A stretch of DNA of 64,000 bases from an uncultured Armatimonadia bacterium (GTDB lineage Bacteria; Armatimonadota; Zipacnadia; CAVVLO01), in contig CAVVLO010000002.1 of assembly GCA_963749155.1 (NCBI GenBank), forward strand, positions 1,120,001 to 1,184,000. Reading direction: 5' to 3'. Position 1 is the first letter of the stretch. Every line of letters starts with the position of its first letter. The position numbers and the translations under genes are program-made. This document shows positions 58,486-64,000 of this stretch, piece by piece. The notes under the pieces were generated by a model. That model saw nothing but the letters and a program-made list of their open reading frames with translations. It was not told the origin of the DNA and ran no database searches.

Positions 58486-59112
58486 TCAGCGCGCTCCTGA
58501 GCTTCTGGCACTTCCACATATTGGACAATCTGCATCTTCTGGAGGATACCAGGCGCCACAGCTTGCACATTCGTGCCAGCCCTTCAATCGGCGGTATTGC
58601 TGGAGCTTCAACTCCTTCAGTCGAATAGTCCGTATCGAATCTCTTAAAGCTGGATCCAGTTCTGCAAGGGCTTCTTCAATGGCTGCCAGCAGGCCTGGTT
58701 CAAGTGTAATCGCCTCGAGATCTGGCGCCTCAAGGACTGTACTCTCCACCGATTCTTCCTGCCGGCGAATTCGTGGCATTGCGGCTGTAAAACGGAGCGA
58801 GGAGGCGACCTCTGCGCCTAGCCTGCGATTGAGCGCGCGCCTGAGTTTGGTGGCTTGTGCAGAAAGCTCCTGTGCCCACACGCTGCTTGTGACCGTCACC
58901 TTCACAACCCCTTCATTGACCGCAACATAACGCGTTACAGCAGCAATCTCAGGGCCAGCGACTTCCGCCCAGAGAGAAGGGATCCATTGCTCGAGCGCTG
59001 TCCGGCGTTGAGGCACCTTGTGGAGAAAAGGCCCAAGCGCGTTGCTTATGCTGTCCAGGTTGCTTCGCCTACGCCTGGCCACTGGCTTCCACTTCTCCTT
59101 CGTGAACATCAA
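58486..59112 (-). CDS. DUF721/DciA family protein with C-terminal Zn ribbon
   Basis: WAEVAGPEIA..VTSSVWAQEL; CASC..CPIC; position directly after recF. Confidence 0.82.
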   Translation of the reverse strand: MMFTKEKWKPVARRRRSNLDSISNALGPFLHKVPQRRTALEQWIPSLWAEVAGPEIAAVTRYVAVNEGVVKVTVTSSVWAQELSAQATKLRRALNRRLGAEVASSLRFTAAMPRIRRQEESVESTVLEAPDLEAITLEPGLLAAIEEALAELDPALRDSIRTIRLKELKLQQYRRLKGWHECASCGAWYPPEDADCPICGSARSSGAR

Positions 59113-60166
59113 ATCGAGTCGCCTGACTGCTTGCGCTCTCTGGAATCAGACTGCCCAGAGCAGCGGTCGCAAGCCATTGGTCAAACTGGGAGAGCGCCTC
59201 CACCAGCGCGCTGGCTCGGTATTGGTCGAGTTGAGCAAAGGCCTCGTCCAGGACAACCAGGGGGCTTTCATGGCGACGCGCAGCGAGCAGCTCGCCTGCA
59301 GCCAGTTTTAGAGATAACGCAAAAAGGCGCTGCTGTCCAGCCGAAGCAAAATGACGCATTGGCGCTCCGGCAAGCTTGAGTACCAGGTCGTCACGATGAG
59401 GCCCTGTGGTCGAGAAGCGTAATCTCATATCGAGTTCTCTCGACTCCCGAAGCGCATCAAAAAGACTGTCTGCGAGGTCGCCTTTCACTTTCACATTGGG
59501 CCGATATTCGATTGAGACAGGTTCGCCTACTCTGAGAAGTTCGGAATAACGGGTCACCAGAGGAGCCAGTTCTTCGAGGAAACGAGTTCGAAACTCCATT
59601 ATCGATGCGCCAGCAGTCGCAAGCTGACGCTCCCAAGGCTCGAAAAGGGAAGCGCTCTCATCAAATTGTCGAAGCAAAGCGTTACGCTGCGCCAAAGCCC
59701 GGGAATAAGCGCTCAGCTGGGCATAATAACTGCGTGAAGTCTGTGCCAGATGCAGATTGATAAAGCTGCGCCGCCTGCTTGCGGCTCCTCGTACGGTCTC
59801 CAGGTCCTCTTCGTAGAAAACCAGCACGGGAAAAGTGGTCACGAAATCTGCTTTCGAGGACGCCTGGCCGTTGAGGAGATAAGAACGCGCGCCGGATTTG
59901 GGCAAGGTCACCTCGGTTCGCAGCTCTCCGAGTTCTTCAGACTCGACCATGAGCCCTGTATACGAAGATTCGAAGCCTTGCTGAACAAGCAACCTCTGAG
60001 GATTGGCGCGTAGTGGTCTTCCTGTGCAGGTTAGAGCCAGGGCTTCGACAAGGTTGGTCTTGCCTGCGCCATTAGGACCACAAAACAGATTGCCGCCTGC
60101 CCCCAAGGGCAAGGCGACATCTGTCAGGTTGCGGAAATGTCTTATTGCTGCTCTGAGCAGCTTCAT
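59069..60166 (-). CDS. recF: DNA replication/repair protein RecF
   Basis: FRN, GPNGAGKTN, QRNALL, GPHRDD, SAGQQR, LDE..LD. Confidence 0.96.
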   Translation of the reverse strand: MKLLRAAIRHFRNLTDVALPLGAGGNLFCGPNGAGKTNLVEALALTCTGRPLRANPQRLLVQQGFESSYTGLMVESEELGELRTEVTLPKSGARSYLLNGQASSKADFVTTFPVLVFYEEDLETVRGAASRRRSFINLHLAQTSRSYYAQLSAYSRALAQRNALLRQFDESASLFEPWERQLATAGASIMEFRTRFLEELAPLVTRYSELLRVGEPVSIEYRPNVKVKGDLADSLFDALRESRELDMRLRFSTTGPHRDDLVLKLAGAPMRHFASAGQQRLFALSLKLAAGELLAARRHESPLVVLDEAFAQLDQYRASALVEALSQFDQWLATAALGSLIPESASSQATRFDVHEGEVEASGQA

Positions 60167-60184
60167 ATTCTGTACATCTGCAGC

Positions 60185-61294
60185 CTAGCGCAGCGGTTGC
60201 ATTGGCATGACGACATAGGTGTAGTTCTCGCCACGCTCCGTAGTAATAACAGCTGGTGACAGAGGCGCATTGAGCCTGAAAACAAGCTGGTCGGCGTCTA
60301 TTGCATTCATGGCATCTACCAAAAACTCGCCATTTATGGCTATCTCCATAGGCTCGCCAACTAGCTGGACAGGCAACTCCTCTCTTGCTTCACCTACATC
60401 CTGGCTACGAGCTGAAACTGTCATCGAATCGCTTGCTATGTCGAACAAAACTCGTCCTGCAGACTGCCTGCCAACGATCATCACGCGGCTGACAACCGAA
60501 GCAAGCAGGTCTTTGTCGACCGCAACTTCTCTTTCATAATCGGGTGGGATGACTTTTTCATAATTGGGGAACGACCCCTCCAGCAAGCGACACATTATTA
60601 CCGTATCGCCCATCACGCACTTTACCTGGTTATCTGAGAAGGACATTGTTACTGGCTCTTCAGAGTCCTTCTCCAGCAGGCGATGGACTTCCCTGAAAGC
60701 CTTCGCTGGGATTATCGCTGATTTTGCTTCTGCAACTTGTACCGAGATAGGCTCCTGGCGCACTGCAAGCCTGTGGGTATCAGTTGCCACAAGTCTTAGC
60801 ACATCAGGCTGGATCTCCATCAGCACACCTGTAAGCACTGCTCTACTTTCATCAGCAGAGGCAGCGAAGACCACATGCTCAATCATCTCGCGCACAAGCC
60901 CTTGCGGTAGAGCTATTTCGCTAATGCTCTCCACTGTAGGCAACACAGGGAATTCGTCCGCACTGAGTCCATTAATGGTGTAACTGGTTGCCCCTGATTT
61001 GAGCGCCATCTGATCTCTGCTATCCGCTGAAAGAGTCACCTCATCAAGCGGCAAGCTATCAACCATCGGCGAAAAATACTTGACCGGCACAGTCGTGCGG
61101 CCTGCTTCCTGAATGTTTGCGACTACTACACTTCTGATAATCAACTCGAGATCAGTAGCAGTAATAGTCAGACTGCCGTCAGAGGCTTCAAGCAGTACGT
61201 TATGCAGGATAGGCAAAGTAGTGCGCGTCGTGATTGCGCGCTGTACTGTGTGGATCGCCTCGCGAAGCTGATCGCGGTCACAGGTAATCTGCAT
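60185..61294 (-). CDS. dnaN: DNA polymerase III beta clamp
   Basis: TLPIL, ATDLE, SRAVLTGV, ATDTHRLA, LLEGSFPNY, VVMPM. Confidence 0.98.
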   Translation of the reverse strand: MQITCDRDQLREAIHTVQRAITTRTTLPILHNVLLEASDGSLTITATDLELIIRSVVVANIQEAGRTTVPVKYFSPMVDSLPLDEVTLSADSRDQMALKSGATSYTINGLSADEFPVLPTVESISEIALPQGLVREMIEHVVFAASADESRAVLTGVLMEIQPDVLRLVATDTHRLAVRQEPISVQVAEAKSAIIPAKAFREVHRLLEKDSEEPVTMSFSDNQVKCVMGDTVIMCRLLEGSFPNYEKVIPPDYEREVAVDKDLLASVVSRVMIVGRQSAGRVLFDIASDSMTVSARSQDVGEAREELPVQLVGEPMEIAINGEFLVDAMNAIDADQLVFRLNAPLSPAVITTERGENYTYVVMPMQPLR

Positions 61295-61316
61295 AGTGTT
61301 CCTCCGCCTGGTCTTC

Positions 61317-61521
61317 AATTAAAAGAACATATATATCTTTTCTTGCAGTTCTAGTTAGCAGCCCGGAAAGGTGGAAAACTGCCGTCAAGTCTACTGACTC
61401 TATGCTCTACTGGCCGGAAAAACCAGTGGAGAAGCATCAGAGTTTTCCACATATTCCACAGGTCTCCTGCTATCCACAGACTACTAACAGGTTTTCCGGT
61501 GGACTTTTCAACAACCTGGAG
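61317..61521. other. Probable replication origin oriC (dnaA-dnaN intergenic)
   Basis: DnaA-box-like GGTGGAAAA 61370, AGTGGAGAA 61425, TTTTCCACA 61443, TATTCCACA 61452, CTATCCACA 61470, TTTTCAACA 61505; AT-rich 61317-61343. Confidence 0.8.
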
Positions 61522-62925
61522 TCAAGGTTGACGTACCTTCTGGCGCAACTCTTCAAGCACGCTGGAAAGCCTGCTGTTCTGGCCAAGCGCGCTTTCAATC
61601 TTCTGTACAGCATACATAACAGTAGTGTGGTCACGACCACCAAAAGAGTTACCAATGGCGGGCAAAGAAAGATTGGTCATCTCTCTGCCAAGAAACATTG
61701 CAACCTGACGAGGCAAGCTTATTGCTTTGGTGCGAGAACTACCTATCAGATCTTCGACGGATACAGCAAAATGATCTGCGACCACACTCTTTATCCGGTC
61801 TACAGTCACTTCTGACTGACCTTTGTCTGTTGAATAAGGGGCAACGATAGTCTTTGCGACTTTTAGAGAAGGCGCTGTGTTGAAATGGCGGCAGTAAGCT
61901 ATTAGCTTCTTGAGGGCGCCCTCAAGTATGCGTACATTTGCTGGAATCATCTCGGCGATATATTCAAAAACCTCATCGCTGAGCAGGGCGCCATAATCAT
62001 CCGCTTTGCGCTGAAGGATAGCGACTCTTGTTTCGAAGTCAGGGGCTGCAATATCGCATATCAAGCCCCATTCAAAACGACTCGTCATCCTGTCGTGCGA
62101 AAAAGTCAAGTCTTTTGGTGGACAATCGCTCGTTATGACAATCTGTTTGTTAACTCCGTAGAGCTCGTTAAAGGTGTTGAAAAACTCCTGCTCGGTTCGT
62201 GAAGCTTTCCGTTCAGCGATAAGCTGGATATCATCGACAAGCCAAAGGTCGACCTCTCGGTAGGCTTTGCGAAATTCTGCTGTCTTCCCTTCCCTGATGG
62301 CAGAGACGAAATGGTAAAGGAAGGTTTCACCAGACACATACCTGACGGTTAGCCCTTCATGCTCTTTGCGCGCCAAGTGGCCAATTGCATGGAGCAGGTG
62401 CGTTTTGCCCAGTCCCACTCCCCCATAAATGAACAAGGGATTGTAGGAATCACCAGGTGACCTTGCGACGGATTCCGCCGTTGCTCGGGCAAACTGGTTG
62501 CTTGGGCCCACCACAAAAGAAGTGAAAGTGTAGGCCGGGTTTAGAGGGAGCGACGTAAACTCGCCTGGATCGTATGAGGGCCGTTGTACCTTTTGCGGAA
62601 TCTCTATTGAAGGCGTTGGCTCTTCTGGCAAGTCGCGTAGATACTCTCCCTCTTCGGCTTCCAAAGAAGGCATCGCAGAAGGGACAACTTCAAAAACGAC
62701 TTCCATTTTTGTGCCAGTTAGACCCGAAGCGATGCTTTCAATGGTGTCACTATAACGAGTCTCAAGCCAGTCTCTGCTAAATTCATCGGGCAGCAGCACG
62801 TGCAAGCAACCCTCGTCTCTTTCTGCGCGACTAGGCGCAAGCCAGGAGTCGAAAGAAGGCTTGGACATATGCTTTTGGAGCTCTCCGAGAACCTGAGTCC
62901 AGAGTTCTTGAGAGTCAGCTGACAT
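61522..62925 (-). CDS. dnaA: Chromosomal replication initiator DnaA
   Basis: YNPLFIYGGVGLGKTHL, DDIQ, SRFEWGL, NVRILEGAL, RQVAM, GGRDHTTV. Confidence 0.99.
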   Translation of the reverse strand: MSADSQELWTQVLGELQKHMSKPSFDSWLAPSRAERDEGCLHVLLPDEFSRDWLETRYSDTIESIASGLTGTKMEVVFEVVPSAMPSLEAEEGEYLRDLPEEPTPSIEIPQKVQRPSYDPGEFTSLPLNPAYTFTSFVVGPSNQFARATAESVARSPGDSYNPLFIYGGVGLGKTHLLHAIGHLARKEHEGLTVRYVSGETFLYHFVSAIREGKTAEFRKAYREVDLWLVDDIQLIAERKASRTEQEFFNTFNELYGVNKQIVITSDCPPKDLTFSHDRMTSRFEWGLICDIAAPDFETRVAILQRKADDYGALLSDEVFEYIAEMIPANVRILEGALKKLIAYCRHFNTAPSLKVAKTIVAPYSTDKGQSEVTVDRIKSVVADHFAVSVEDLIGSSRTKAISLPRQVAMFLGREMTNLSLPAIGNSFGGRDHTTVMYAVQKIESALGQNSRLSSVLEELRQKVRQP

Positions 62926-63029
62926 AAGGACTCCACTCCTGGCCATCGTCTCTACCCGATATATCGGGCATGCTGGCCGGGAAACACCCCTTAGCGCTGA
63001 AGAACGAAGTTCCTGCTTCGGGGAGGATT

Positions 63030-63059
63030 ACTATAACAGGGGGTGAACTTGAGGCGCAA
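63030..63059 (-). promoter_or_regulatory. Candidate dnaA promoter
   Basis: TTGCGC, 18 bp, TATAGT with extended TG on the minus strand. Confidence 0.4.
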
Positions 63060-63178
63060 GGCAGTCTCGGTGAAGGATTGTGAGGCTTATTAGTTGACCT
63101 CTACGGAAGGCAATCGAGATATGCCAGCCCAATAGAACAAAAGCTGTCAAGCTTTATTATTGGTGACACATATTTACG

Positions 63179-63910
63179 ATGGATGTTTCACGTGAAACAC
63201 AACCAGAACTCGATTGGGCACAGCGGGCTTTAGAGGCCGCTGTAGCTGGTGCTGCAGGATTAGGTTTCACTATTCCTGCTGATAGCATGCCCTCTTTACT
63301 TGCGCATCTGGTAGAGCTTGCCTCCTGGAATGAAGCCGCCGGCTTAACCGGCAGGCTTTCGCCTGAGGAAACGGGCGAACAGCTTCTGCTGGATTCCTTG
63401 TTGCCAGCCCTCATTTGGCCAGGAACAAAGGCTGACGCCCTGTGTGATATAGGTAGTGGAAACGGCTTCCCTGCTATTCCACTGGCTCTCGCGTGGAAGA
63501 TCGAGGCGGGTCTGCTGTACGAGAGCCGTGCCAAGAAAGCCTGGTTTCTGCAAAGAGCCCTGAGGACCAGTGGATTATCAGGCTATAAAGTGATTCGCAA
63601 ACAGTGGCGTCAAGGGGATCCTTTATCTGTTCAAAGCCTCATCACGTCGAAGGCCGCGTTGCCACCTGAGATTATCTTGGAGGCTGCAGCTCGATACGAT
63701 TCCAAGGCCCTGCTTTATCTTGGTCCATCTGTAAAGGTAGAAGACGTCGTAAGGCTAGGTAATGAACTTGGTTTGGATGCTGCTGCAGTGGAGCTGGTCC
63801 TACCGATCAGCAGAGTCTACAGGCGTTATGTTCTCGCGTGGAAGAACAGTGGTCAGGAAGACGAAACTAGTCAGTCTCCTGAAGCGTATTCGAAGCAGGA
63901 AAGCGAATAA
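63179..63910 (+). CDS. rsmG: 16S rRNA m7G527 methyltransferase RsmG/GidB (divergent)
   Basis: WNEAAGLT..LLDSL..CDIGSGNGFPAIPLA..ESRAKKAWFL..TSKA. Confidence 0.82.
   Translation: MDVSRETQPELDWAQRALEAAVAGAAGLGFTIPADSMPSLLAHLVELASWNEAAGLTGRLSPEETGEQLLLDSLLPALIWPGTKADALCDIGSGNGFPAIPLALAWKIEAGLLYESRAKKAWFLQRALRTSGLSGYKVIRKQWRQGDPLSVQSLITSKAALPPEIILEAAARYDSKALLYLGPSVKVEDVVRLGNELGLDAAAVELVLPISRVYRRYVLAWKNSGQEDETSQSPEAYSKQESE
63184..63199. promoter_or_regulatory. parS centromere site
   Basis: Perfect palindrome TGTTTCACGTGAAACA, 1.7 kb from oriC. Confidence 0.93.
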
Positions 63911-63921
63911 GGAGGATAAGC

Positions 63922-64000
63922 GTGAAGGTACGTCACTTGATGGTGGCGATGTTTGTGTTTGCCACTACATATATATATGCCAGTGCCCAGCCAGAGGCAA
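63922..64000 (+). CDS. Exported protein, N-terminus only (truncated by window)
   Basis: AAGGAGG SD, GTG, signal-peptide-like MKVRHLMVAMFVFATTYIYASA. Confidence 0.55.
   Translation, partial: MKVRHLMVAMFVFATTYIYASAQPEA

Noticed and set aside
1..64000. tRNA, rRNA, prophage, integrase or IS elements
   Set aside because: None recognised by eye; intergenic gaps are short. A tRNAscan/Rfam run would be needed to exclude small RNAs

Overview
GC-rich chromosomal window from an anaerobic bacterium (taxon not determinable from sequence alone) that ends at the replication origin. Left to right: (1) an acyl-CoA synthetase tail; (2) nrdR-nrdD under two NrdR boxes; (3) a minus-strand operon of SNase/Ada lipoprotein, PIN/NYN protein, MazG, LemA and five tandem TPM-domain proteins; (4) UroD-family and GH2 genes joined to a glycosyltransferase cluster; (5) secDF; (6) a tightly packed 12-gene operon hdrC-hdrB-hdrA'-hdrA''-mvhD(HTH)-double hdrA-mvhD-fdhB/flxC-like-gcvH-like-glcD-glcF/hdrD-like-lplA behind a perfect sigma70 promoter; (7) a GGDEF protein; (8) amino-sugar genes flanking an uncharacterised DUF6754/membrane-protein/GlmL-like ATPase cluster; (9) csp, a secreted glycosidase and a second DnaA-box cluster; (10) slt-rtcB-dciA-recF-dnaN-oriC-dnaA, then rsmG with a perfect parS. 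Best candidates for an undescribed system: the Hdr + lipoyl-carrier + GlcD/HdrD operon, the DUF6754-GlmL membrane cluster, and the LemA/5xTPM array. Five genes carry +1 frameshifts that look like assembly errors. No rRNA, tRNA, CRISPR array or transposase was recognised. All family calls come from motif recognition by eye, not database searches.
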